DNA of 64,000 bases from Candidatus Eiseniibacteriota bacterium (lineage in GTDB: Bacteria; Eisenbacteria; RBG-16-71-46). The notes under the pieces were generated by a model that ran no database searches, had not been told where the DNA came from, and saw nothing but the letters and a program-made list of their open reading frames with translations. The translations under genes and the position numbers were made by a program. How positions within the stretch are numbered: the first letter of the stretch is position 1; each line of letters begins with the position of its first letter. Below are positions 46,591 through 56,640 of the stretch, in pieces. The stretch spans positions 160,001 through 224,000 of the forward strand of contig JBGAML010000006.1 in the NCBI GenBank assembly GCA_044223005.1, read 5' to 3'.

Positions 46591-47835
46591 ATGAACCCCT
46601 GGACGCTGCTCGGCCCGGCATTCGCCTCGCGGCTCGAGGCGCTGGCGCGGCCCCTCGCGCCCGCGGACGCGTTCGTGTTCCTCGTGCTCTTCTGTGCGCT
46701 CGTGGATTTCGCCAAGCTCCTGATCGAGCTGCTGGGCCGGTCGCATCGCCGGCCGTTCACGTCCGAGCCGGCCACGGTGACCGCGCTGATCGCGAGCCGC
46801 AACGGCGCGCACGTGCTGCCGGGCACGCTCGCCGAGCTCGCCGGCCCGCTGACGGGCGGTCCCGCCGTCGTGGTGGACGACGCCAGCACGGACGGCACCG
46901 CCGACGTGGCGCGCGCGTTCGGGGCGGAGGTGCTCCGCTTCGACCGGGGCCGCGGCAAGGCCTCCGCGATCAACTTCGGCATCCACCGCGTGCGGACGCC
47001 ACTCGTGCTGCTGCTCGACGACGACACGCGCATGGGGGGCGCGCGGCTGCCGACGTCGCTGATCACGTCCGGCCTCGCGGACGCGGTGGCGTTCCACGTC
47101 CTGCCGGATCGGCGCAATCGCGACGGGGCGCGCGGCAACACGTTCCTCGGCGCGCTGCAGCGCTACGAGTACGGCAAGAGCATGGAGATCGGGAAACGCT
47201 TCCACGACGTGACGCACTCGGTGAGCTGCGTCTCGGGCGCTGTGGGGCTCTTCCGGACGCGCGACCTCGACGTGCTGCACCATCGCCACACGACCGTGTT
47301 CCAGGGCGAGGACCTGCAGCGGAGCATGATCCACTTGCTCTCGGGGCGCCGCATCGCGTTCGCCGACGAGCCCGTCTGGACGGTGGCGCCCTCGACGTGG
47401 GCCGCGTGGTTCCGCCAGCGGCTGTTCGGCTGGTACCCGGGGCTCTACCACCAGTTCGGCAACATGCTCCGGCTGCTGTTCGCACCCGGCACGAGCTGGC
47501 GCCTGCGCTACGAGATGGCCTACAACGCGTGGACGGTCGCCACCGATCCGCTGCGGACGTGGTCCATGGTGGCGATCGCCGCGACGCCGGCCCTGCGCCC
47601 GTGGGCGCTGGTGATCTACGTCACGTACCTCGCGTTCGAGCTCTTCCCCTGGTGGGTGACGCGCGAGCCCGGCTCGAACCGCCGCGCGCACCTCGGCGTG
47701 CTGCTCGCATTCCCGGTCTACGGCGCGATCAACACCGTCCTGCGCACGGCGGCGTTCGTCGCCTGGGCGTGGATGCGCTGGGTGAGCGGCAGCATGCGAC
47801 CCCGCCGCGGCCCACTCGACCGCGTCGCGACCTGA
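46591..47835 (+). CDS. Membrane-embedded family 2 glycosyltransferase (processive type)
   Basis: VDDASTD, GKA, LDDD, SGA, GED, QRLFGW; N- and C-terminal TM helices. Confidence 0.85.
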   Translation: MNPWTLLGPAFASRLEALARPLAPADAFVFLVLFCALVDFAKLLIELLGRSHRRPFTSEPATVTALIASRNGAHVLPGTLAELAGPLTGGPAVVVDDASTDGTADVARAFGAEVLRFDRGRGKASAINFGIHRVRTPLVLLLDDDTRMGGARLPTSLITSGLADAVAFHVLPDRRNRDGARGNTFLGALQRYEYGKSMEIGKRFHDVTHSVSCVSGAVGLFRTRDLDVLHHRHTTVFQGEDLQRSMIHLLSGRRIAFADEPVWTVAPSTWAAWFRQRLFGWYPGLYHQFGNMLRLLFAPGTSWRLRYEMAYNAWTVATDPLRTWSMVAIAATPALRPWALVIYVTYLAFELFPWWVTREPGSNRRAHLGVLLAFPVYGAINTVLRTAAFVAWAWMRWVSGSMRPRRGPLDRVAT

Positions 47836-47896
47836 GCCGATCGCCGCGCCGTACCGAAGCGCGCACCGGCCCATGCCGCGGCCGGTGCGCCCCTCG

Positions 47897-48886
47897 TCAC
47901 GCGACGCGCCAGAACTCGGGTCGCGGTGCGCCCTGCGGGAGCTCGCGATGCTCGAGCAGGTCCACGAACACGTCGACGATCGTGCGGTCCCACTGTTCGC
48001 CGCCGCCCGCGCGCAGGCGGCGCACCGCTTCGTCGACGCCGATCGACGGCCGGTAGGGGCGGTTCGTCGTCATGGCGTCGAACGCGTCGGCGACCGAGAT
48101 GATGCGCGCCTCGATCGGGATCGACTCGCCGGAGAGTCCGGACGGGTAGCCGCGGCCGTCCCAGCGCTCGTGGTGCGCCCGCACGATGGGCGCGACCACG
48201 GGGGCGAACCGCATCGGTGCCACGATGGCCGCGCCGATGTCGGGATGGCGCTTCACCTCGTCGAACTCCTCGCGGGTCAGCGCCCCGGGCTTGCGCAGCA
48301 CGGCGGGATCGACGCCGATCTTGCCGATGTCGTGCAGCAGGCCGCCGTACCACGCGAAGCGCGCCTCGTCGGAGTTGGCGCCGATCGCGCGCGCCACGGC
48401 GTGGCTGTACTCCGCGAGCCGCCAGAGGTGCTGGTCGGTGTACGCGTCGCGGGCCTCGACCGTGCGCGCGAGCGCGAAGATGACGTTTTCGGTGCGCTCG
48501 AGCTGGTCGGTCAGGTGCTTCACGCGCATCAGCGAGCCGATGCGCGCGACGAGCAGGGCGAGCTCGAGCGGTTTGGAGACGAAGTCGTCGGCGCCGGCTT
48601 CGAGCCCGCGGATGCGGGTCGCGGCGTCGGCGAGGCCGGTCATCAGCACGACCGGCAGCAGGCCGCCGTTGGGCAGGGCACGGACGCGGCGGCAGACTTC
48701 GAGGCCGTCGAGCCCGGGCATCTGCACGTCGACGAGCAGCAGGTCGGGAACATGGATCTGGAGTTCGTCGAGTGCCTGCTCGCCGTTCTCGGCGGTGCGC
48801 ACGTGGTAGCCGTGCCGGACGAGAAGGCGTGAAAGAAGACCGCGGATCGCGGGGTCGTCGTCGCAGACGAGGACGCGGTCGCTCAT
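47897..48886 (-). CDS. Response regulator with HD-GYP (c-di-GMP phosphodiesterase) domain
   Basis: REC (DDD, DVQMP, KP) plus HDIGK, HHERWDGRGYP, DAFDAM. Confidence 0.93.
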   Translation of the reverse strand: MSDRVLVCDDDPAIRGLLSRLLVRHGYHVRTAENGEQALDELQIHVPDLLLVDVQMPGLDGLEVCRRVRALPNGGLLPVVLMTGLADAATRIRGLEAGADDFVSKPLELALLVARIGSLMRVKHLTDQLERTENVIFALARTVEARDAYTDQHLWRLAEYSHAVARAIGANSDEARFAWYGGLLHDIGKIGVDPAVLRKPGALTREEFDEVKRHPDIGAAIVAPMRFAPVVAPIVRAHHERWDGRGYPSGLSGESIPIEARIISVADAFDAMTTNRPYRPSIGVDEAVRRLRAGGGEQWDRTIVDVFVDLLEHRELPQGAPRPEFWRVA

Positions 48887-49145
48887 GGACAGTGGACTCC
48901 TGTCCGAGGGTGGGGAGAGCGCGGCGCCGAGGGTCGTGGGGGAAGCGGTGCGAACATCCTGTTCGCGCGCACTCGTCCATGAGCGGACCCGGACTGTAGC
49001 GCGTTCCGGATGCATACGGAACGCGAAAGTGGTCCTCACGATGCCGCGAGGGCGCTCGCGATCGAGGGCTGCCGACACTGTGCTATCGTCGCGCGCGTCG
49101 GGTGCGACCACCGCGGGTCGCGCCACCGTGATCCCGGGAGGAAAC

Positions 49146-49604
49146 ATGAGCGGAAGCATCTCCGAGCGCCTGCAGGCCGACATGGTCAAGGCGATGAAGG
49201 AAAAGGACGCCGAGACGCTGAGCACGCTGCGCATGCTCAAGGCCGGCCTCATGGAAGCCAAGACCGCCAAATCGAAGGACGCCGTGCTGAGCGCCGAGGA
49301 GGAGATCGAGGTCCTGCAGCGCTACGTGAAGAAGCGCCGCGAGACGATCGAGATCAACGCCAAGGCCGGCCGGGCGGACCTGAACGCCGCCGAGGAGCGC
49401 GAGATCGGCGTCACGCAGAAGTACCTGCCCGAGGCGATCGGCGAGGACGCGCTGCTCGAGATCGTGAAGCAGGCGGTGGCGTCGACCGGCGCGACGGGCC
49501 CGCGCGAGATGGGCAAGGTGATCGCGGCGGTCATGGCGCAGGTCAAGGGCCGGGCCGAGGGCAGCACCGTGTCCCGCCTCGTGAAGCAGGCCCTGGGCGG
49601 CTGA
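49146..49604 (+). CDS. GatB/YqeY domain protein
   Basis: AMKEKD...LRMLK, KKRRE, YLP, MGKV, VKGRAEG; SD GGAGG. Confidence 0.92.
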   Translation: MSGSISERLQADMVKAMKEKDAETLSTLRMLKAGLMEAKTAKSKDAVLSAEEEIEVLQRYVKKRRETIEINAKAGRADLNAAEEREIGVTQKYLPEAIGEDALLEIVKQAVASTGATGPREMGKVIAAVMAQVKGRAEGSTVSRLVKQALGG

Positions 49605-49610
49605 GCCCGG

Positions 49611-50459
49611 CTACCGTGCGGCCGAGTCGGGCGGCGCGGCCGGCACCGTCTCGGCGGGCGCCGGGGCCAGCGTCGTGTCGGGCTCCGGCGGCATTCCCAG
49701 CACCGCGCGCCAGTCGCGTTCGGAGAGTTCGCCGCGCCGGCGCATGCGCGAGGCGATCATGCGCACGCGCCGCTCGATGCGCCGCGGCGGCTCGACGGGC
49801 GAGAAGCGCCGCGGGTTGATGATGACCGCGGCGAGCCGCACGGACTGCCGCGCACTCAGGGCCGACGCGGGCACGTGGAACCAGCGGCGCGCGGCCGCCT
49901 CGGCGCCGAACGTGCCGTCGCCCCACTCGATCACGTTCAGGTAGAGCTCGAAGATCCGCTTCTTGGAGAGCGTGCGCTCGAGCTTCAAGGCGAGCAGCAC
50001 CTCCTCGAACTTGCGCCAGGGCGTGCGGCTCGTGCCGAGCCACAGGTTCTTCGCGAGCTGCTGCGTGATCGTGCTGCCGCCGCGGGCGAACCGCATCTCG
50101 TGGAGATCCTTGCGTGCGCTCGCCTTGATCTCGTTCCAGTCCAGCCCGTCGTGTGAATAGAACGCGTCGTCCTCGGCGATCAGCACGGCGCGCCGCAGGT
50201 GCGGCGAGATGCGCTCGTAGGGCACCCGCCGCCAGGCGGGCGACCACGGCTTGCCCTGCTCGCGCGCCTCGCGCTCGCGCTGGCGCATGAGCGCGGTGGG
50301 CCCGGGGTCGTGCGTCGCGAGCGCGGCCACGTCGATGCTCGAGACGTGCACCCACGCCACGGCGACCATGGCGGCGAGCAGCGCCAGCACGCCGGCGGCG
50401 ATGCGAACGAGCGTCCCGGCGAATCCCGGGCCCCGACGGCGTCTCGATCGTGGGGACAT
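49611..50459 (-). CDS. mtgA: Monofunctional peptidoglycan transglycosylase
   Basis: AEDDAFYSHDG, RGGSTITQQLAKNL, RKFEE, KKRIFELYLN, GAEAAA. Confidence 0.92.
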   Translation of the reverse strand: MSPRSRRRRGPGFAGTLVRIAAGVLALLAAMVAVAWVHVSSIDVAALATHDPGPTALMRQREREAREQGKPWSPAWRRVPYERISPHLRRAVLIAEDDAFYSHDGLDWNEIKASARKDLHEMRFARGGSTITQQLAKNLWLGTSRTPWRKFEEVLLALKLERTLSKKRIFELYLNVIEWGDGTFGAEAAARRWFHVPASALSARQSVRLAAVIINPRRFSPVEPPRRIERRVRMIASRMRRRGELSERDWRAVLGMPPEPDTTLAPAPAETVPAAPPDSAAR

Positions 50460-50781
50460 GCGCGGCTCCGTGGGAAAGGTGTTGCGAGTTCACGCCAGTC
50501 TAATGAAGTTGCGCATGGCTTCAAATTGCGCGCGGCGCGAGGGCGAGCAGCCTTGCCTCGGCGAGGGCGGTGCCCGAGGCACGTGTGCTCACACGTACCT
50601 CGGGTCGGCGAAGTGGCGAACGCGAGCGAGAAAGACCTCGACGTGCGATCGCACTTGCGTATGCTCGCGACGCGTCCCCCAGACGTGTGTGCGAACTGGC
50701 GGTGGGTTCACGTGGCCGGCTCGCCGAGCCGCATTCGCATGCATGGTACGGAACGACCCTCCGGCCACACTGGGGTGACCG

Positions 50782-53700
50782 ATGCGCCTCCGCGCGTCCC
50801 GATGTGCTGCGCCATTCGTGGTTCATCGCGAGCGTTCCCATCGCTCGATCCGGCATCGTTTCACGCTCATGCTGCTCGGCGCCCTGCTCGTTCTCGCCCC
50901 GGCCCGATCCGGGGCCAACGGCCAGTTCACGACACCGCTGTATCCCTCGCTCACGCAGGAACTGTGGCTGGTCGGGAACGGACCCGAAGACCTGTTCTCC
51001 GGGATCGCGTTCGATCGCGCGGGCAATGTATGGCTGTCCGACGGCACGACGCCCACGCTCCGTCACTACGGCGGGGGACCGCTTCCGGAGTCCCAGGCGC
51101 ACGGGTCGAAGACCGTGCATCTCGTCGACAAGACCTCACCGAATCCGGGGCATGGCATCACCCTGATTCGGGACATGGTCAACGACCGGACGGACAAGGG
51201 CGTGATGTACGGCCTGACGCCGCAGGGGGTCGTGAAGTTCTCGACGGACGACGGAAGCTGGCTCGCGGGGCCCTACCTGCCACCGGGCGCTGCGGCGGGG
51301 TATCTCGCCATCGCGGTCAGCCCTGCAGATGGCACGCTTTACTTCGAGGCGAAGCGCACCACGACCAACGCGATCGGGATCTTCCGCTGCGGACCGAACC
51401 TCACGGGCGGGCAACTCGTCTATCCGCAGGACACGGACCTCGACATCATTCACGAGGCGGACGGCATGGTCTTCGAGCCGACCGGCCAGTATCTCTTCGT
51501 CGCGCTCGATGGCGACCAGGCCATTCGCGTGCTCCAGCCCTCCGCGCCTCCCGCGAGCATGGTCGTGCAGACGTTCTCGACCGTCGGCCCCGGGCATCCC
51601 GCGAACAATCCCGACGGCCTCGCGTTTCACGACTGCGGCGACCCCTTCCTGGTCTCGAGCGACAACTCCGGGGCGCTGAGCCGGTACGTGTTCCCCCCGG
51701 GCGACTACTCGGCGCCGCCGACCATCGGCTATCTCGCGACGGGTGGCTTCCGCGGCGACTTCGTCAAGGTTGGCGGAGACAAGCTGTACGCCATCCAAAC
51801 CCATCAGTTGGCCAATGAACCCTACGGCCTGATCCATGGGACGCGGTACGACGACGGCACGGTGTCGACCTCGTCTTCGGTGGTTCGCGTCGGGCCGTGC
51901 TTCCAGGCGTCCACCGCGGACAGCGCGTGCGCCGCGGCGCCGACGAACATGGTGGCCTGGTGGCCGCTCGACGATGGCGCGCCGCTGCTCGCTCGTGAGG
52001 CGCTGCAGGGCAAGTACAACGGCACCCAGATCCCGGCCTTCCCACCCTCGGGATTCGTGGCGGGGAAAGTGAACGGTGCCTACTACTTCGGGACCGACAA
52101 TCGCTACGTGTCCGCGGGGCACGAAGTGGGGAAGTTCAGCGGTGATTTCACGGTCGATGCGTGGGTCAAGCTCGACCCGGGCCGCTCGACCTGTGGCGTC
52201 GTGGTGGACAAGGAGTCCGGGAACGCCACGACCAACATGCTCGGTTTCCAGCTGTCCGTGAACAACACGAACAACGTGGTCTGCGTCGTGGGACTGGGGG
52301 GGAAGCCGGATCTCGCCGGCCACCCGACCACCCCGACGCGGCTGCTGGGCCCGGTGCTGACGCCGAGCGTCTGGCACCACCTGGCCTTCTCCGGCCAGCA
52401 GATCCACCAGTTCGTGCCTGGATCCGGGTGGACCACCCGGTACCTGCTGCGGCTCTGGGTCAACGGCATCTTCGAGGCGAACACTCAGACGCCGCAGACG
52501 GTCGGCCTCCTGAGCGTGGTGAACGACGGCGACCTCCGCATCGGCCGCGGTTCCGAGAACCAGGGACCCTGTCCGTTCGGCGGGGCGATCGACGAGGTGG
52601 AGCTGTTCGATCGCATGCTCTTCAACGACGAGGTCCTCGGCCTGGCCGAACGTCCGAAGTGCAAGTGCAACGTCCAGGTCTGCGACCCCATCCAGTTCGG
52701 TCCCAACGACCACACCCGTCCGGCCAAGATCCGGATCTGCAATCAGGGGCCGAGCACGTCGATTCCGTGGACCATCACCAAGCTGCCAGCCCAGGCTGCG
52801 CCGTGTTCCAAGGACTGCACGCCGATCGACATCTCGCCGTCCTCGGGCTCGGTGTTCGTGCCGCAGGGCACCTGTGCCGTGGTCGACATCACGATCACGA
52901 TGCCGCCGAACACGGTCGGCTACCTGCCCGACGACAAGACGGGCGCGTGCTTCATGCTGAGTTCTTCGAGCTGCAGCCCGACCGGGAACGCGATCGGGCA
53001 CATCTTCGGCCCGACGATCATCGACTCCGTGACGCAGTGCGTGACTGATCCGGTGTGCTTCAAGCGCATCGTGCGGCCCGGCGAGATCCAGGCGGACTGG
53101 ACGATCTACAACACCTCGGCGAGTTCCGCCGCCTTGCGGTGGTTCGCCTTCGAGACGCCACCGCTCGGGAGCCATTCGTCGCCCTCGCTCAGCCTTGACG
53201 GGTTGCCCCTGGGAATGCCGACGGCACCCCAGTTCGTCACCGTGCCCGGAAACGGGTCGGTGCAGGTCGGTGTCACGGCGCGGCCCTACCTCGCCGTGAC
53301 GCAGGAACCCACTCACCTGCAACTCGTCGTGGGCGCCGTCGCCGATTCCGAACCCGCGATCGTCTCGGACCTGGGCGTGAACTCCGACGAGTCCTGCGGA
53401 GGGCAGTCCGCCTCGTGGATGGTCGTTCCGACCGACAGTCTCGAGCCCGCGCGCCGGTCCGCCGGAACGATGATCACGGACGTTGCGAACGGCCGCCTGG
53501 TCCTGTTCGGGGGAACGGACGGGGTCAGCTCGTTCGACGATGTCTGGACCGCCGCGATCGGCACCAGCACCGTGTGGACACCGCTCGCGGTCGCGGGGAC
53601 GCCGCCCGCGGCGCGGAGCGGGCATGCGGCCATCTACGACCCGCTGCGCCAGCGCATGGTCGTGTTCGGCGGCCGTAACGGCTCCGACCTGAACGACGCG

Positions 53701-54681
53701 TGGGAACTGAGCCTCGGGATGGGATCCGAGACCTGGACGCCGCTCGGCCCGCTCGGATCACCTCCGTCTCCGCGTTCGGGAGTCGCATCGATCTACGATC
53801 CGAATGGTGATCGGATGATCGTCTTCGGCGGCTCTTCGATGACGAACGACCTCCATGCGCTGAACCTCGGTGGCTCGACGTCGTGGACGCCGCTCTCGGC
53901 ATCGGGAACCGCTCCGGATGCACGGCAGGGGGCGAGCGCCGTCTACGATCCACAGGGCCACCGCATGCTCGTCTTCGGCGGGGCAGGGACGCTCGCGGAC
54001 CAGAACGACCTCTGGCAGCTCTCGCTCTCCGGAGCGCCGGCGTGGAGCAATGTCGGCGTCTCGGCGCCGTTGCCCGCGGCCCGGCACGATGCCTTTGCCG
54101 TCCTGGACACGGTCAGCCACACGCTGACGATCTTCGGCGGCGCGGATGGTGCGGGGCTCCGAAGCGACATGTGGTCCCTCGATCTCGCCGGTCCCTCGCA
54201 GTGGGTCGATTCGGCCCCACTCGGCGTGGCGGGACCCGGCGCACGCTCCGGCGCGATGGGGCCGGCGGCGAGCATCGCCGGCCGGTCGTACCTGTTCGGC
54301 GGCGCGGACTCGAGCGCGACCGCCATCGGCCTGTGGTCGCTGCCCAGTGCGCGCATCTGCGTGCCCTCGACCACGGTGGCCGGCGTCGCGCCTCCGGTGG
54401 TCGCCGGGGGCAGCCGATTCTCCCTGGCACCCAACCCGTTCCGCGGCGCCACCAACATCGCGTTTTCGCTCGCGGAGCGAGCTCCCGTGGTCGTGGGCGT
54501 GTTCGACGTCGCAGGCCGCAAGGTCCGCAAGATGGACCTGGGGATGCTGGGCCCGGGTCCGGCGATCATTCACTGGGATGGCAAGGACGACGATGGCGTG
54601 TCGCTCCATGCGGGGTTCTACTTCGTACGCGCCCGGATCGGAACGCAGTCGGTGGTGAGGAGGGCCGTGATGCTGCGGTGA
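50782..54681 (+). CDS. Large secreted multidomain protein: beta-propeller, LamG-like, Cys-rich, Kelch repeats, FlgD-Ig C-terminal domain (start 50782 or 50868)
   Basis: Hydrophobic signal segment; VAWWPLDD...IDEVELFDR (LamG); about six YDP...R(M/L)..FGG...ND.W Kelch units; PNP...DVAGRKVR...WDGKDD...GFYFVR. Confidence 0.88.
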   Translation: MRLRASRCAAPFVVHRERSHRSIRHRFTLMLLGALLVLAPARSGANGQFTTPLYPSLTQELWLVGNGPEDLFSGIAFDRAGNVWLSDGTTPTLRHYGGGPLPESQAHGSKTVHLVDKTSPNPGHGITLIRDMVNDRTDKGVMYGLTPQGVVKFSTDDGSWLAGPYLPPGAAAGYLAIAVSPADGTLYFEAKRTTTNAIGIFRCGPNLTGGQLVYPQDTDLDIIHEADGMVFEPTGQYLFVALDGDQAIRVLQPSAPPASMVVQTFSTVGPGHPANNPDGLAFHDCGDPFLVSSDNSGALSRYVFPPGDYSAPPTIGYLATGGFRGDFVKVGGDKLYAIQTHQLANEPYGLIHGTRYDDGTVSTSSSVVRVGPCFQASTADSACAAAPTNMVAWWPLDDGAPLLAREALQGKYNGTQIPAFPPSGFVAGKVNGAYYFGTDNRYVSAGHEVGKFSGDFTVDAWVKLDPGRSTCGVVVDKESGNATTNMLGFQLSVNNTNNVVCVVGLGGKPDLAGHPTTPTRLLGPVLTPSVWHHLAFSGQQIHQFVPGSGWTTRYLLRLWVNGIFEANTQTPQTVGLLSVVNDGDLRIGRGSENQGPCPFGGAIDEVELFDRMLFNDEVLGLAERPKCKCNVQVCDPIQFGPNDHTRPAKIRICNQGPSTSIPWTITKLPAQAAPCSKDCTPIDISPSSGSVFVPQGTCAVVDITITMPPNTVGYLPDDKTGACFMLSSSSCSPTGNAIGHIFGPTIIDSVTQCVTDPVCFKRIVRPGEIQADWTIYNTSASSAALRWFAFETPPLGSHSSPSLSLDGLPLGMPTAPQFVTVPGNGSVQVGVTARPYLAVTQEPTHLQLVVGAVADSEPAIVSDLGVNSDESCGGQSASWMVVPTDSLEPARRSAGTMITDVANGRLVLFGGTDGVSSFDDVWTAAIGTSTVWTPLAVAGTPPAARSGHAAIYDPLRQRMVVFGGRNGSDLNDAWELSLGMGSETWTPLGPLGSPPSPRSGVASIYDPNGDRMIVFGGSSMTNDLHALNLGGSTSWTPLSASGTAPDARQGASAVYDPQGHRMLVFGGAGTLADQNDLWQLSLSGAPAWSNVGVSAPLPAARHDAFAVLDTVSHTLTIFGGADGAGLRSDMWSLDLAGPSQWVDSAPLGVAGPGARSGAMGPAASIAGRSYLFGGADSSATAIGLWSLPSARICVPSTTVAGVAPPVVAGGSRFSLAPNPFRGATNIAFSLAERAPVVVGVFDVAGRKVRKMDLGMLGPGPAIIHWDGKDDDGVSLHAGFYFVRARIGTQSVVRRAVMLR

Positions 54682-54865
54682 GCGCCGCGCTTCCGCATCC
54701 CGGCGCAAGATCCACCTCCGGCGGCCGCGCGGCATGCGGCATGCGCGGCCGCCGGATCCGTTCGGGCGCGCGTCGCGGGAGCCCCGCCGGCGTTCTGGCG
54801 CGCGGCGGGGACGCTGCCTATACTGCCGCGCCGGTTTCGCACTCCACCTTCACCCGGGGGCCGCC

Positions 54866-55657
54866 ATGAGCGCCACGAGCTTCCGTTTCCTTCTCGTCGA
54901 ACGTCGCGGCGCGGTCACCGTGCTCACGGTCAACCGCCCCGACAAGCTGAATGCCATCGATCGCGCCGTGCTCGAGGAGATCTCGGTCGCGGTGCGCGAG
55001 TTCGCCGCCGACGTGACGCAGGGCGTCCTGATCGTGACCGGTGCGGGACCCAAGGCCTTCATCGCCGGCGCCGACATCGGCGAGCTGCAGCCGCTGGGGC
55101 CCGTCGCCGCGGAGGACATCTCGCGCTTCGGCCAGTCGGTCGTCGACCAGCTCGAGAACTCGCGCAAACCCGTGATCGCCGCGGTCAACGGTTTCGCACT
55201 CGGCGGTGGCTGCGAGCTCGCGCTCGCGTGCCACATCCGGCTCGCGTCGGACAACGCGGTCTTCGGGCTGCCCGAGGTCAAGCTCGGCATCATCCCCGGC
55301 TACGGCGGCACGCAGCGGCTGCCGCGGCTCGTGGGGCAGGGGCGCGCGCTGGAGCTGATCCTGACGGGCCGCAACGTGAAGGCCGAGGAAGCGGCGGCGA
55401 TCGGGCTCGTGAACCGCGTCGTGCCGCAGGCGGACCTGCTCGCCGAGGCCGAGGCGATGGCGAACGCGATGCTCAAGAACGGCCCGCTCGCGATCGAGGC
55501 CGCGCTCGAGTCCGTTGTCCGCGGCGGCAGCCTGCCGCTCGACCAGGGCCTGCGCTTCGAGAGCGGCCGCTTCGGCATCGTCGCGGCCACCGAGGACATG
55601 CACGAGGGCCTGCAGGCATTCCTCGACAAGCGTTCGGCCAACTTCCAGCGCCGCTGA
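54866..55657 (+). CDS. Enoyl-CoA hydratase (crotonase family)
   Basis: NRPDKLNA, AFIAGADI, NGFALGGGCE, PEVKLGIIPGYGGTQRL. Confidence 0.95.
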   Translation: MSATSFRFLLVERRGAVTVLTVNRPDKLNAIDRAVLEEISVAVREFAADVTQGVLIVTGAGPKAFIAGADIGELQPLGPVAAEDISRFGQSVVDQLENSRKPVIAAVNGFALGGGCELALACHIRLASDNAVFGLPEVKLGIIPGYGGTQRLPRLVGQGRALELILTGRNVKAEEAAAIGLVNRVVPQADLLAEAEAMANAMLKNGPLAIEAALESVVRGGSLPLDQGLRFESGRFGIVAATEDMHEGLQAFLDKRSANFQRR

Positions 55658-55794
55658 ACCGCCCGTTTCCGGCCGCGGGGCCGTTTCCGGCTCCGCGGCC
55701 GGACCGTTGCGTGGCCGGCAGGGTCCGGCTTCGCGGTTGAACCCCCGGCCGCCCCGTGCCGATAATGCGGACGACCCCTGTCCGCGGAGAAGTC

Positions 55795-56238
55795 ATGGAA
55801 GACATCCTGCACGACCTGATCCCGATGTCGCTCTCGCTCCTGCTCGGCACGCTCGTCGGCTGGGAGCGCCAGATGGGCCGCAAGCCGGCCGGCCTGCGCA
55901 CGCACGTGCTCGTGTGCCTGGGTTCGACCATGTTCTGCCTCACGACCTCGTACGCGTACGCGGTGTTCGGCGGCCGCAGCCTCGACGCCACGCGTCTCGT
56001 GCACGGCGTGATCACCGGCGTCGGCTTCCTCGGCGCGGGCAGCATCATGCGCCACGAGGGCTACGTGGCCGGCCTCACGACGGCCGCGAGCGTGTGGATG
56101 GTCGCGGCGATCGGCGTCGCGGTCGGCGTGCACGCGTACGCGCTCGCCGTCATCGGCACCGTGTTCGCGCTCATCGTGCTCGAGGGCTACCGCTGGGTGG
56201 AGCGATTCCTGTCGCCGGGGCACGAGAACAGCGAATAG
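55795..56238 (+). CDS. MgtC/SapB family membrane protein (short form)
   Basis: GWER...AGLRTH, GVGFLGAG, GLTTAASVW. Confidence 0.93.
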   Translation: MEDILHDLIPMSLSLLLGTLVGWERQMGRKPAGLRTHVLVCLGSTMFCLTTSYAYAVFGGRSLDATRLVHGVITGVGFLGAGSIMRHEGYVAGLTTAASVWMVAAIGVAVGVHAYALAVIGTVFALIVLEGYRWVERFLSPGHENSE

Positions 56239-56253
56239 TGCGCGCGGCTCGCG

Positions 56254-56293
56254 ACACGAACGCCGGGCTCCTTGCGGAGCCCGGCGTTCGTGT
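56254..56293. terminator. Perfect 18-bp hairpin between convergent genes
   Basis: ACACGAACGCCGGGCTCC-TTGC-GGAGCCCGGCGTTCGTGT. Confidence 0.75.
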
Positions 56294-56310
56294 TCGGGGC
56301 GAAGCGGCGA

Positions 56311-56640
56311 TCAGCCGATCGTCACGCGGCGCGAGGTGACGACGCGATCGGCGATCGTGAGACGGACGTGGTACTCACCGGACGGCACGCCACCGCCGCC
56401 CATGTCGCGGCCGTCCCAGCGGCAGGCGTGTTCGCCTGCGGGCAGCGCGCCATCGAGGAGCATGCGCACCAGGTGGCCGCCGGAGTTGAACACGCCGACG
56501 GTGGCCGTCACCGGACGCGGCAGCGCGAAGCGCAGCACGGCGACAGGCCCCGGATCCGGGACCGCCGCGCGCACGGGGCCTCGAGACGGGGCATGAGCCC
56601 AGGGAATCGGAACTGCGAACGATTCGGCACGACGAGCCAT
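56311..56640 (-). CDS. Stand-alone FlgD-Ig-like domain protein (about 109 aa)
   Basis: LRFALP...VGVFNSGGHLVRMLLDG...AGEH...WDGRD.GG...PSGEYHVRL; no signal peptide. Confidence 0.75.
   Translation of the reverse strand: MARRAESFAVPIPWAHAPSRGPVRAAVPDPGPVAVLRFALPRPVTATVGVFNSGGHLVRMLLDGALPAGEHACRWDGRDMGGGGVPSGEYHVRLTIADRVVTSRRVTIG

Noticed and set aside
48887..49270. N-terminal extension of the HD-GYP ORF
   Set aside because: It overlaps the divergent yqeY gene; the receiver domain begins at ATG 48886.
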